DNA of 63,639 nt, counting the filler, from Stramenopiles sp. TOSAG23-3 (lineage: Eukaryota): the NCBI GenBank assembly GCA_900128585.1. It is 3 parts of 3 records of this genome, joined end to end, with 100 filler letters (N's around TTAATTAATTAA, not from the genome) between each part and the next. Parts side by side here need not be neighbours in the genome. Positions count along the whole stretch, not along the records: positions 1 to 30,685 come from LT642227.1; 2 more parts are not named here. One strand, given 5' to 3'. The position numbers and the translations under genes were made by a program. This document shows, in pieces, positions 11,426-22,479 of the stretch. The notes under the pieces are model-generated. The model had not been told where the DNA came from. It made no database searches and saw nothing but the letters and a program-made list of their open reading frames with translations. Position 1 is the first letter of the stretch. Each line of letters begins with the position of its first letter.

Positions 11426-11784
11426 GTAATTAAAACGAACATTCAAAGGTTCCCTTTAACAAGAAGAAATTTCATTCCTGTCCATGTGCTGCAACTGTTT
11501 CTTCTCGCATTTTAGCACTTAGCCCATTGATAAGAAGAAAAATTATGAGTCGTCCTCCTGTGTACTCCGTGCATGGTCATCGTCCGTAGCTATACACCCA
11601 TCGTTGGTGGCTTCTGGCCAAATTGGACAGCCGACTGTATCGTGTGTTTCACTCCTAAATGTGTCAGAACTTGTGTGGTTTGTTGGACGGTCGCTTGTAG
11701 TTCTTAAAGATGCTTGTTTTCTGTTTCGATGAATCGCTCAAAGGATGACCAGCACCGATAGTGGGTCGGGGTCGTTGAGAAGTA

Positions 11785-13923
11785 TTAGTCGGGTTCATGA
11801 AATTGCAAACGTTGCAAATTATCTTGTTTCATTAGAAAATATGCCAAAAAAGATTCGGTTGTTTCAATCAAACGATTCAACTGCAATTTGTCGAAAGCCA
11901 ATAATAATGTTGTAAAATTTTCTACTGTATACGAATAACATGACATACCTAGCTCCAAGTTACATACACTTACTGCAGCAGAAAATAAAGAAAGCAATGT
12001 TGTTGGGTTGATTAATGATATAGCCTTTTGAACAGCAGCGAATGTTACAGACGGAATAATTTGATATCGCTCTAATAAAATTATAACATTACACAACAAA
12101 TGGGCAGTTGCATCGTCATTTTTTATCATACTAGAAGTTCCCGAACTACCACTGTGTCCTCCCCATAAAACATCAGGATTGCAGTTGTAAAAATATTTCA
12201 ACAGAACCCGAAATGCATCAAAGTCATTAACTTTAACATCAAATTCAGATGAGTTTTCTCCACCAGAACGAAATATATCCCGAAAGGTTGCGCTATGCTG
12301 CGATAGAACCATTTTATGCGCATAACATATCCACAATGTTTGTCGTTGATCATTTTGTAAGGATGCGCACGTACTGTTTTGGACATCTTTCGTTACTTTA
12401 AGAGTAACGTCAGATCCTTTCGGATCATTAAATATCAATTCGTTACAGTGAGGAGGTACAAAGTTATTTTCATGGGTCAAATTGACTTTGAAGTCAAACG
12501 AGAAATGTTTCCTAATAGCGCGCAGAAAATCAAAAGCTGGAACTTGACTAGACGAATGGCGCAGCATTCCTAAAGTTGCTCTTAAAGCGCCGGTGCTCAC
12601 AAACTGCGAACATACTTCCGATCGACCGAATGATAAATGGACCAATGCAACGGCTACATGGCCTCTTAAGCGTTCATTGCCTTGTATAATAAGGGTCCTC
12701 AAGAAAATCTGAAGAGTACTTTCTTTTATTTCACTTTTCATCCAGGCAAGTATATCCGCCGAAAATACTTTCGTTTGGTTTATTCCAGAAGCAGACAATT
12801 TATGTAACATCGGAACAATACCTTGTTCAATCAGAGGAAGAAGTGCCTGTGATGCATCTGATCCCTGGAGAAGATAGTATATGCATTTCTGCGCACATCG
12901 ATAGATCGAACGTTTTTTGTGGTCTGCTAGTGACACAATTGCTATCAAAGAATCTTCCGATAGCAAACGCGATCGGATGCCACGAGTTTGTTCCACAGGA
13001 GGATGAGACAATGTCATGACGTTTGAGACAGAAGACTTATTTTTAAGAACTTTCGGTACACTGGCTTCAGCACATTTCATAAGGGCCCGAACTGCTAGTT
13101 CTTTGCACTTATTATTTTTTGCGCGCAAATCATTAACAAAAGTATCTATGGCACCGGAGACATATATATCGTTGCACACGGATCTAGAATGGCGCATTAA
13201 ACTAGACAATAGTTGTGTCGCGTTGACTCGAAGGTAATTTTCTCCTTTTGCAGAGGCGTGAACAATTATCTCTACTAACACTTTGGTAAGATTCAAATTG
13301 ACAACCTCTTCACAATTTGCTATATTTCTGCAGCAGCAATTCATAAGTACATTCAAAGCATTACTCTGCACAGACTTGTGTTCCGATTGCAATAAAATAG
13401 CTAAAGATTCTAACCCCCCCAATTCTCGTATTTCAACGGCAAGTACGTCATCGTCATAGCACATATTACCAATAGCTAAGAGAGTTGGTTTCAATAAGTT
13501 AACATTATCCGTTGAGAGTGCGCCTATTAACAACCTGACGCCACCAAGTCTTCTTAGTGTAGTATTGAAACAATTATTTCCCCCGGCAAGGTCTGGAATA
13601 GTCGTACAATTTGCTAGGGCACGGGTAACGTTCAGAGCAACCATATCAATGTCATCAGATAAGTGCTCCACAAGTGGTCTGAGAGTCTCAACCTCACCTG
13701 AAACAAGTTCTTTACATACCGAGGTATGGCTAAACGTAGCATTAGAGAGGACCAATGCTGCGGTCTCCCTCAAGCCTTTTTTCTTTGAGTCTAGAAGTTT
13801 TAAAACCGATCTAATACCCCCTAGACGTTGTAATTCGATCAGGGTAGGCTTGTTATTCACAGGAATTTTGACGGAAGGCTCGGAAGACCCATACGTTATA
13901 TTGTTTGTGGTGTCGGCTAGCAT
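11785..13923 (-). CDS. Armadillo-repeat plus C-terminal BTB/POZ domain protein (ARIA-like architecture)
   Basis: ARM repeats (LRRLGGVRLLIGALS, IRELGGLESLAILLQS) and BTB motifs SDVTLKV...YAHKMVLSQHSATFRDIF...FRVLLKYFY. First ATG at 13923. Confidence 0.88.
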   Translation of the reverse strand: MLADTTNNITYGSSEPSVKIPVNNKPTLIELQRLGGIRSVLKLLDSKKKGLRETAALVLSNATFSHTSVCKELVSGEVETLRPLVEHLSDDIDMVALNVTRALANCTTIPDLAGGNNCFNTTLRRLGGVRLLIGALSTDNVNLLKPTLLAIGNMCYDDDVLAVEIRELGGLESLAILLQSEHKSVQSNALNVLMNCCCRNIANCEEVVNLNLTKVLVEIIVHASAKGENYLRVNATQLLSSLMRHSRSVCNDIYVSGAIDTFVNDLRAKNNKCKELAVRALMKCAEASVPKVLKNKSSVSNVMTLSHPPVEQTRGIRSRLLSEDSLIAIVSLADHKKRSIYRCAQKCIYYLLQGSDASQALLPLIEQGIVPMLHKLSASGINQTKVFSADILAWMKSEIKESTLQIFLRTLIIQGNERLRGHVAVALVHLSFGRSEVCSQFVSTGALRATLGMLRHSSSQVPAFDFLRAIRKHFSFDFKVNLTHENNFVPPHCNELIFNDPKGSDVTLKVTKDVQNSTCASLQNDQRQTLWICYAHKMVLSQHSATFRDIFRSGGENSSEFDVKVNDFDAFRVLLKYFYNCNPDVLWGGHSGSSGTSSMIKNDDATAHLLCNVIILLERYQIIPSVTFAAVQKAISLINPTTLLSLFSAAVSVCNLELGMSCYSYTVENFTTLLLAFDKLQLNRLIETTESFLAYFLMKQDNLQRLQFHEPD

Positions 13924-15223
13924 TTCTGGACACACCAAGCGCAGAACAAAAAAATGGTTTGAAACTAGTAATGGTTCCGATGCTATTCCCTTATTTTTGA
14001 TTCATTGGAGTGTTGTTTATCCTGTTTCTCGATCGTTTAGTTGCAAAATATGATAAATTATTCTGGTTAAAAAGGGAAAACATCAACAAAAGTTGATGAT
14101 CTTTGTTGTTGGTTGTTCCACGAAAGAACGCAACAATAATAATAATAATTATAATAATAATAATAAAAAAATTTAAAAAATAACTGCCGTTGCGTTGTGT
14201 TGTTGTTTTACGCAGAGAAGAATTGACTCACTTGTCACAGCAGCAACTCAAATAAAAATAAACCTGCTGTGTACTCGTTCGTCTTTCTTTTATCACCTTG
14301 CCGAGACTTTGTTGTAATTTCACCTTTTTGATTGTTTTATGTTCCATGGTTACAAACCTTAAATAGGAAACAAGACCTCCACCAAAATCCTGCGTCATTT
14401 TTTTCACGTGGAAAGTGGAAAGCTGGCTTCTGTAATATTAATCACTCGTAAAAAACAGGAAAATATCGATCACCACACCACACCGGGTGAAGAGAGGACA
14501 GAGTTTTTTATTTTTTGCTATAAAATTCCTTATAATAATTACCTATATAAATTGGTGTAGTGACTAGTGAAAATTCAAAGAGTTCATTTTTGGTAAAAAA
14601 TTATTCGTTTTTCGTCATTTTAAGATTTTATTTCATGTAAACGTTGTAATGGTAAAAAGCCCTGCTAGGATTAAAATGCATCTCTGAGATCTACAATAAT
14701 TTTATTTTCACAATACGCCGCAGCATTTATTGTATATTTTACAAGAGCTTACAACTCACAAACAAGTACAAAAACACAGAAAATTTTATACATTTTAACC
14801 AATATAAATAAATGCAAACGAAAGCAATACGGAGTACACAACAACTAGACACAACGTGAAAATTAAAAAAAACATTTTTTGAGAAATAAAAAAACAATTC
14901 CATCTTTCTATTCCCTGTATTAGTTAAACATCCCCGTGTGTTGCTGTACTGAGTTTTCAAAACAGATAAAATGGCAGGTTCCCAAAAAAAGTTAAAACTG
15001 CGACAGAAGCACTTGGATACTGTACCCCTTTACATTTTTTTTAAATAAAAAAACAACGTGGAAAGTGCAGGAACGATCCGGTCCGTATTTAAACACTCTG
15101 TGAGCGAATTACAAAATTTAGTATGATACTGTGTACTTTGTATACTTGAAGAAACGACCAATCTATTATTTTCTCGAAAGAGACCCACTTCTTGTCATAG
15201 AAAAGTGCCATTGGTCTCTGAGC

Positions 15224-15358
15224 GGATCTCTAATTCCTCTAATGGTGTGTAATATAAATCGTACAATGCAGTAATCCAAAAAGACACTCTAATTTTATCC
15301 AAGTACTGTGTCATATACTAAAAATAATTTATTGGGGTCCGATTCATTTTCCCTTCAT
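15224..15358. repeat. Dispersed repeat, partial copy of the 27.8-28.1 kb element
   Basis: CTCTAATGGTGTGTAATA...TATACTAAAAA...TCCGATTCATTT..CCTTCAT is collinear with about 27850-27985. Confidence 0.7.
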
Positions 15359-15510
15359 CATTATAGGTGATATTTATTCGGATTACTACCACTAACAGAA
15401 GTTCAAGATGTAACTATAACCTTAAACATAATCACATGCTGTGTACCTACTGGGCGACTTAATTCATCCATCTTCTAAAATTTCCCTGGGTGAATGGGGA
15501 CTAATATTAA

Positions 15511-18270
15511 TTAAGATGGAAGAATCTTTTGAAGTGTCCCCTGACAGCTGGTTTGTATTTTTTCGCTGCTTGCAAAACGCGCAAGTGCCATGGTAATTGG
15601 CGATAATGCATCATGTTGAATTGCTGCCAATTTTGCATTGCCATTTCTATGCACAATGGCATTTAAAGCGCGACAACACTGAATTAAAACTTGGGTAGAC
15701 TGGTTGTGGTATTTCATAGCAGATATCACTAATTGCAACAAACCCGACCTCAGAATTTGTTCTTGGGCTCTGCTGTTGTCCCATGCCAGGTACGTCAACG
15801 CATAAGCTGAGCGATACTGAATACCTTCATTTATCAAATATGAGTGCATTGAAAAGGCTATTGATCTTAACACCCCAGCTGATACAAAAATGTTTTTGTT
15901 TATTCTATTTTCTCTTGAAAGTTTTCCAATAGCATATGCACATCGATGTTGTACTTCTATACTGTTCATGTGCACACTTACCGCACTACTGATTGTCTCC
16001 AAAGCCCCATAACTAGCAATTGTTTCTCTTGCTTCTGAATTATAAGCAAAATTGCCGATGGCAACACAGCTCACAGATACTACTTTTGGATATTGAAAAT
16101 GCTCTTTTATCGCTGAGCTGACGACGTATATAGTCTCGTTCTCAGTAATTTTTATAATGGTTTTTTTATCACACAGATTCGAAATTGCTAATAAAGCCCA
16201 TCTCATGAAAACTGGATTGCCAAATCCATGCGAATTTATCGACGTAATGACATGCTTTACACCCTTCAATCGTATAACTATATCTTCTCTGTCGTGAGCA
16301 TCTCTAGATTTTTCTGCAATCACCAAACAGCATTGACTGGCCAAGGACCTGTCCTGACCGCTATGTTCTAACAGTCGAATAATTCGTTTGTTACTGTGCA
16401 GTACAGCTTGTAAATACGGATGAACCAGACGTAATTCACTCTCTGTTTTGTGCTGCAAGACCGCTAAATGTATCTTGCGTGCAGCAGACATTTCTTGAAA
16501 ACTTGGTATGTACAACTGCACGTCATAGTCATCAAATTTTAAGTTGTAATTCAATACCACTGCTAATCGAGGACGATGTGTCGTCACCCAAACGAAAGAC
16601 TGAATAGGAAATTTTACCAACACATTTTCTGAAGGTTGGAAGAAACGACCTATCGTTCTAAAGAACTTATCAAAATTTTGGTTGATGTGCATTTCTAAAA
16701 CATGGTGTAGGGTCGAACGAGATGGTTGTAAATGTACTTCCAAGAAATGCGGCAAATGCAACACAAAAAATGCAATTAAGATGAAACATGCTGGGAAAAT
16801 AATGTACCTTTCTACAAAAAACTTACATCTGTCTATACATGTCAACGAAGCAAAGAAATGCCTAGTTTTTGTTTCGGAATACAGTCTCGTTCCTGGGAAA
16901 GAACTCTGAAAAAGCACTTTTCCTCTTCTCCGGCGAATCCCAAACTTGCCCCACGTGGCGAAGCGAAGCTGGTTTTGAAGTGATGTGACTCTATTTTCTA
17001 GAGCACAAATTGTGTTTTTGTCGGGCAGCAGCTCCCGAGCCTGCGGTTTTAACACCATCTGATCTAGTGGCAAGCGTTCTTTTACAATTATAAGTGATCT
17101 TTCATCCACACGAATCTCAATTTCTTTATCAATAATGTACTGTTCCAACTGCTTCTTTTTTATGATTACACTAAGGTTACTAAATGTCGGACGATTCTGC
17201 GGGTTTCGTTTCATACATAAGTTAACAACGTCCCAAACTCCATCATTAGCACTCTTCGGACGACGTAAAGAAACATTCTTGGCAAGGAGAAGGAGTTTCA
17301 ACTTTTCTTCGTCAGAATACTCGACATATGGTATTGTTGCTTCCAAATCCTTCGAAGATAACACTTCCCAAATTAGTACACCAAAAGACCAAATATCACT
17401 TTTCTCGCAGCAATTGCAGTGTGATACAAAGCACTCGGGGGCTGTCCATCTGATAGGAAGGTTATCGTCGGTAGTTACAGTTATCCGCCCACGAGTAGAC
17501 AACCCAAAGTCGCTCACTTTCACATGCACTTTCGAGGTATCTTTTTCGTCAAATGTCATTACCAAAATATTTCTAGTCGCTAAATCTCGATGGGTAATTC
17601 CCAGAGATGCAACCATTTCCATCCCCGACGAAATTTGATCAAAAATAGAGAAAGCAACATCATTTGAAATTGGTGTTTTTCCCGCTTTCTGATTATTTTC
17701 TAGAACTAAATCCAAACTGGACAACGGCGCAAATTCCGCAACCATAAAGTGTTTTTTATAATTGACGCACAACCCAAAAAAGCAAACAATATTTCGATGA
17801 GGCTTCAAAAAGCGTAAAACATTTATCTCTCGAAAAATCCCTTTTCTCATTTCGAGTATAGCTACGTCTTTATTCTTCCATCTTCCTTTATACACAGTTT
17901 TGTTTGACCCAATGCCTACTATCGTCAGACTTATAGTCAAGCTTGAAAACTTTATGCCACAGCAAAAATTTATCGCATTCCATCTCGTTATCAGGTAATC
18001 TTGAATAGCAGCTGAAACCGATGGTATAGATATTAAATCTATAGATTCTAATGGGATACCTGTCACTGGCGATATTGCCCTTGGGCCATTCACTCTTAAC
18101 CAATTTTCAATTTCTGTTCTTTCAAAAACATGACCGTCCAATGTAGCCACTGGGTCGATCAAAATGTTTTTTGAAAGAGGACAGAGGAATGCAGATGGAA
18201 CATCCTCATCAATTGACATATCTAATACTTTTTCATTGCAACTGATTCCCAGATTGAAACGAGTCGCCAA
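15511..18270 (-). CDS. U-box / tyrosine-kinase-like kinase / transmembrane / armadillo-repeat fusion protein
   Basis: U-box (PSAFLCPLSKNILIDPV..DGHVFERTEIENWL..SPVTG); kinase motifs HRDLATRN, DFG, LPIRWTAPE, KSDIWSFGVLIWE; hydrophobic helix YIIFPACFILIAFFVLHL; C-terminal ARM-like repeats. Confidence 0.88.
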   Translation of the reverse strand: MATRFNLGISCNEKVLDMSIDEDVPSAFLCPLSKNILIDPVATLDGHVFERTEIENWLRVNGPRAISPVTGIPLESIDLISIPSVSAAIQDYLITRWNAINFCCGIKFSSLTISLTIVGIGSNKTVYKGRWKNKDVAILEMRKGIFREINVLRFLKPHRNIVCFFGLCVNYKKHFMVAEFAPLSSLDLVLENNQKAGKTPISNDVAFSIFDQISSGMEMVASLGITHRDLATRNILVMTFDEKDTSKVHVKVSDFGLSTRGRITVTTDDNLPIRWTAPECFVSHCNCCEKSDIWSFGVLIWEVLSSKDLEATIPYVEYSDEEKLKLLLLAKNVSLRRPKSANDGVWDVVNLCMKRNPQNRPTFSNLSVIIKKKQLEQYIIDKEIEIRVDERSLIIVKERLPLDQMVLKPQARELLPDKNTICALENRVTSLQNQLRFATWGKFGIRRRRGKVLFQSSFPGTRLYSETKTRHFFASLTCIDRCKFFVERYIIFPACFILIAFFVLHLPHFLEVHLQPSRSTLHHVLEMHINQNFDKFFRTIGRFFQPSENVLVKFPIQSFVWVTTHRPRLAVVLNYNLKFDDYDVQLYIPSFQEMSAARKIHLAVLQHKTESELRLVHPYLQAVLHSNKRIIRLLEHSGQDRSLASQCCLVIAEKSRDAHDREDIVIRLKGVKHVITSINSHGFGNPVFMRWALLAISNLCDKKTIIKITENETIYVVSSAIKEHFQYPKVVSVSCVAIGNFAYNSEARETIASYGALETISSAVSVHMNSIEVQHRCAYAIGKLSRENRINKNIFVSAGVLRSIAFSMHSYLINEGIQYRSAYALTYLAWDNSRAQEQILRSGLLQLVISAMKYHNQSTQVLIQCCRALNAIVHRNGNAKLAAIQHDALSPITMALARFASSEKIQTSCQGTLQKILPS

Positions 18271-19078
18271 TGCACTCTTTATGTTCGTCTAGATCTCACA
18301 ACCGTACGTTGTGTGGCTGCCAATTTGTTATTGCAAACTGTCGCCCAGGCCTGGCAAGGCGAGCAAGATTATACAGTACACGGCGCTCATATATATCACT
18401 TTTTCCGTATCGTATTGTTATTACATTCATTCCTTATTATAATAATCCGAAGGTAAAATGATGAAGGGAAGAAAAGGAGATTTTTCATTTTTTTATTACA
18501 GTACAGGCAAGCGATGGTCCTGGGTCCTCGGCTAATCCCTTAACACTTCCGGGTTTGAACGGATAGAATTAGGGTATTTTAACACTGATTATTTTTGGTC
18601 CGTTACCTGTACCGTACCAGGTATGATACCAGGTATTAAACCTTTACCTGTGCCTGTTATAATATAATACCTGGTACCTGGTAGAAGGTTTGTAATTCAT
18701 TGCCTCAGCAAGAAGCCCTTCCTTAAAAATCAATGAGGAGAAACCTTTTTCTGTGAAAAAGGCCTCAATTAAATAATAGAAAAAAGAGTGATAGTGTTGT
18801 ACTAGAGGCCCAGTTGTTTTTATTAATTGAAATAGTAGGGCACAACAGCTAGTATCGGTTGAAATCGGTAGTGTATATTTATTAAAACAAAGTACTACGA
18901 TAATATGATATTTTTTAAAAAACCTGTACATTTGTGCACAATAATACCGAAAATAGGAGCAAAAAAGATCCATTAAGCCAAGTTTTATTAGTGCTAAAAT
19001 GTAATTTTAAAAACCCTTCATGTGTTTTATGCATTATAGCCAAGATCCGGAGCATTAAATGATAGCACCACTTCCTTA

Positions 19079-19813
19079 TTGCTCTTGTTCAAAATTGTTT
19101 TAGCCCCATTTATAAACATCAAGGTGGAGTTGGAAATGGCTTCCCATGGTAAAATTCAAAAACTGGACAAACTTTATTCCCCGGGAAAAGCAACTAGCAT
19201 TACATTGCCAAATATGAACACAAACATAATTTATTACAATAAAAAAGAGGAACTGTCCTGCTCGAAGTTAATGTGGAAACACCAGCTAAAGAGGCGCGAT
19301 CGTTTGGCAACTATATGTGATACGTTTCAAGACCGGGTCTTAAGTGCACACTGTCATGAAAAAAAAGAGTCCCAAAGACGATATATTAGCAGTTGCCACC
19401 AGCTAGTTACAGAAAAAAATATTTTGCATGGCTTCGAGTATCAAATAGATCCAAAAGTTAAATTAATTGTGTATAGTCATGGTTCTGATGCTGAACGCCG
19501 TCCCAAAGGCGTCATCGAAGATGGTCCCAAAGGCGTCATCGAAGATGTCAGTTCGAGAAGTGCAATGCGCCGGTTATTTGCACAGCAATATCGTCATTCA
19601 TGCAAACTGAAGCTGAACATGAATCGCGTTTTTGAAAAACTTGCACGGGGTAGTTGCGATGATACCACTACTACGTGGAGCATAATAAAGAAGAAGACAA
19701 GCCTAGGCAAATCGGGAAGCCTAGCTGTAAGGGAAGGCATCAAATTAAAAAAGCATTCGAAACAAAGTCGAAATTTGGCTGCAAGAATAGCAGCATTAGA
19801 AAAACAAAATTAA
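19079..19813 (+). CDS. Hypothetical basic protein (first ATG at 19136)
   Basis: 244-codon ORF with no recognised motif; contains an in-frame perfect 24-bp tandem duplication (19500-19547, PKGVIEDG/PKGVIEDV). Confidence 0.55.
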   Translation: MLLFKIVLAPFINIKVELEMASHGKIQKLDKLYSPGKATSITLPNMNTNIIYYNKKEELSCSKLMWKHQLKRRDRLATICDTFQDRVLSAHCHEKKESQRRYISSCHQLVTEKNILHGFEYQIDPKVKLIVYSHGSDAERRPKGVIEDGPKGVIEDVSSRSAMRRLFAQQYRHSCKLKLNMNRVFEKLARGSCDDTTTTWSIIKKKTSLGKSGSLAVREGIKLKKHSKQSRNLAARIAALEKQN

Positions 19814-19895
19814 GTTTATACTTTCGATTATAACCAAAATACATTGGACATTGGACTCTTCATATTTGTTTAATAAAAAAAATTTTGCTGTTATT

Positions 19896-21129
19896 AAAAA
19901 CGAGAAACTGGCTGTTATTTAAGTAATTAAAATTAACGTAACTACGAACTGATCTCTACTGTTGTGATTTTAGTAATCAATAATACCCGTGTCACTTAGT
20001 CTTGACTATCATTTCCATGTGTACTCCATGCATGATCCGAATCAGTGTGTGGAATTGCGTCGATGTCAGGAGACCCATAATCAACTTCCTCATCCGACCA
20101 AGCAGCGGCGTGAATGTTTTAAAGGTGCTCGTTGTCTGTCTTGTGAACCAGTCAGGGAGTTGTCATTTGTGAGTTGAGGTGTTGGGAGAGGGTCGTTTGG
20201 ATCGGTGCGCATAATCGGCGTTTGTGAGTTCTGTTGCGATGGTGAGGATTCGGTATGCATTGCGGTGGTTGTGGTTCTGCGGCGGGCTGATTGGGATCTC
20301 GTTCTGCTGGTGATGCTCTGGTCCCCTTCTGCTATGGTTGCGGTGTAGGATGTTCTCCTGTGACGACAGCCGAGGGTGACACTACTAGGGCCGGGGCGAC
20401 GTTGGATTGCTCGATGCTGGATTGGGTTGAGGATTGAACTTCCGTGTCATCACCTGGGGATGACACTATTAGAGTTGGGGCACTACTGGAGTCATCTCTG
20501 CAGGGATGCTCGTCCCCCGAGGGTTGTGGTTCTATTTTTGACTTTGAGTCCGAGCTGTCCAAGACCAGTCTTTGGGAGTGCCTGATAAAGCGCGCGGTGT
20601 CGACGCTTCAGCGGCATAGTCCATTGACAGGGCTGTTGGGACATAGGCATGGAAGATCCGGATACCTGATGCTATGGACTTGGCTACCACATTGAGTATA
20701 TTCCGCTGGAAGATTCGCATCTGCAAGTCCGCCCATTTCTGGCGTGCTGTTAGGTAATTGAGGCTACCAGAGGTGATTGGGGTGGGGAACTATATTTCCG
20801 CAAGGCGGTTAAAGAGGGCTCGGGCCCCCTCTGAGAAAGCCCCGCTGAGACTCACCCCAAAAAGTACTATTTGGGGGCGCCATCGCGGGCAGGGTTCAGG
20901 TGTCTGAAGATGCCAAGAACTTCCGCGTTGTCGTCGTTTTCTCTGAAATCATTTCATGCTTGCGCGTATTTTATACCTTTATATCGTTCGTTGGTCTGTA
21001 GTTGAGTGTATTTTCCCTGACAGAAATGAACATTCCAGTGCTCGGCTTGGACGTCCCGGTCGCGGCATATGTTATAGAGGGCGATGAACTGTTCCTCCCG
21101 TTTCGCTAGGCTGTTCGGGTTTTGGTTGA
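19896..21129 (-). mobile_element. Longest (1.2 kb) 5'-truncated, degenerate non-LTR retrotransposon copy with RLE-like ORF end
   Basis: Minus-strand broken frame ERYKGIKY...IVLFGVSLSGAFSEGARALFNRLAEI*...QKWADLQMRIFQRNILNVVAKSI, then a Ser/Pro-rich repeat stretch, ...EVDYGS...DHAWS...D*, a 3' UTR and the family tail. Flanked by the direct repeat GCTGTTATT (19887-19895 and 21130-21138). Confidence 0.75.
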
Positions 21130-21362
21130 GCTGTTATTTAAGTAATTAAAATTTATCTTTCTCATGTACCGCTAAAATGAATCTGCTCCTTTTATCCATT
21201 AAAGGTTTACATTCCTTCATATACTGCCAACTTATCTCTGCTCCTGAGATTTTACTGATCAATAATACCCTTGTCGCTTAGTCTTGACTATCATTTTCAG
21301 ATGTACTCCATGCATGATCCGAATCGGTAGGTGGATCAACAATGCTTTCAAATGACCCATAG
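21130..21362 (-). mobile_element. Older retroelement copy (variant 3' UTR) whose tail was split by the 1.2-kb insertion
   Basis: Reverse complement aligns to about 3760-3985; the rest of its tail (AAAATTTTGCTGTTATT) lies at 19879-19895. Confidence 0.75.
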
Positions 21363-21822
21363 TAGTATCGTTGTTTTTATCTATATAAAAAAAAACTAAT
21401 TCAGTTTAATCTATAAAAAGCCTAATTCCGTTTATCTAAATTATAAGTAAATATTTCAATTTGATGTTAAATCACTCAGGTTATTTGGTGTTAAACCACA
21501 CATGTTATTTTTTCTCCGATTTCTTTTCTTCTGTCTCAAATTTCTATTATTTTTTTAAATTATTTTACTCTGTGCGTTACTTGCTTTTTTTCTTTCTTTT
21601 TTTTTCTCAGATCAAGAAATCACAGAAGTAAATTAAAGCTTTAGTGAACAAAAACAAATTGCATTGCAAGGAAGGGTGAATTGGACAGGGACATGTGTAC
21701 GAGGAGAGCGATCGTTTAAACAAGAGACTGGTGGGTGACGAGAAGGGTCGTCTAAGCAAATCTACAGAAAAAGAACCGAAGCCGAACGCAATCGCCCAAA
21801 TTACCCCCAACAGCCAAAAGTC

Positions 21823-22173
21823 CATCAAACAAGTATTTAGCACACGGCCAAAAACCGACATGCCCAGATTCGATAGTTTGTCTCCTTTGTCTATGGAAAC
21901 TTATCCGGCAGGATTGAATCGAACTGAAGCACATGGTTTATGTATGGCATTGAAACGGCTTGGACTAGAAGCCGCAGCCCTCATCACCCGCATTAACCGA
22001 AAGATCATCAAACGAGTATTTAGCACACGGCAAAAAAAAAAAACATGCCCCGATTTACTCGCTAGTTCTTTGTACTTGGGAAATGACCAGATAGGAATGA
22101 GCCACACTGAAGCACTTGATTTACACCTGACACCGAAACAGCTTGGATCAGAAGACACATCAACTCATCTCAC
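21823..22173 (+). repeat. Diverged tandem duplication of about 183 bp within probable TE-derived sequence
   Basis: CATCAAACnAGTATTTAGCACACGGCnAAAA...CATGCCCnGATT...ACTGAAGCACnTGnTTTA occurs at about 21823 and about 22006. Confidence 0.7.
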
Positions 22174-22479
22174 CCATCATCTCATTGGAAGGATGAACTA
22201 AATTATGGAGAGCCTACAATTCGACCAAAGATTTACTCGCTACTTTTCCCCCTTCATATGGTCGACCAGACCCACCAGAACCAGGAAAAACCTTAGACCA
22301 ACGTCAAACATTCTGAAGTTGATCTGTTTGACTTCAGTCTGTGGGAAGAAGTTCCTACTCGCGTCGTAACCCCCCCCAGTTTTTCTTGGGAAACTCACAG
22401 TTCTTTCATGCACAGGAAAATTAATTTACAACAAGGAAATTTGATGTGAGACACAGATAGTTTTAATCTACAAGGAGGG

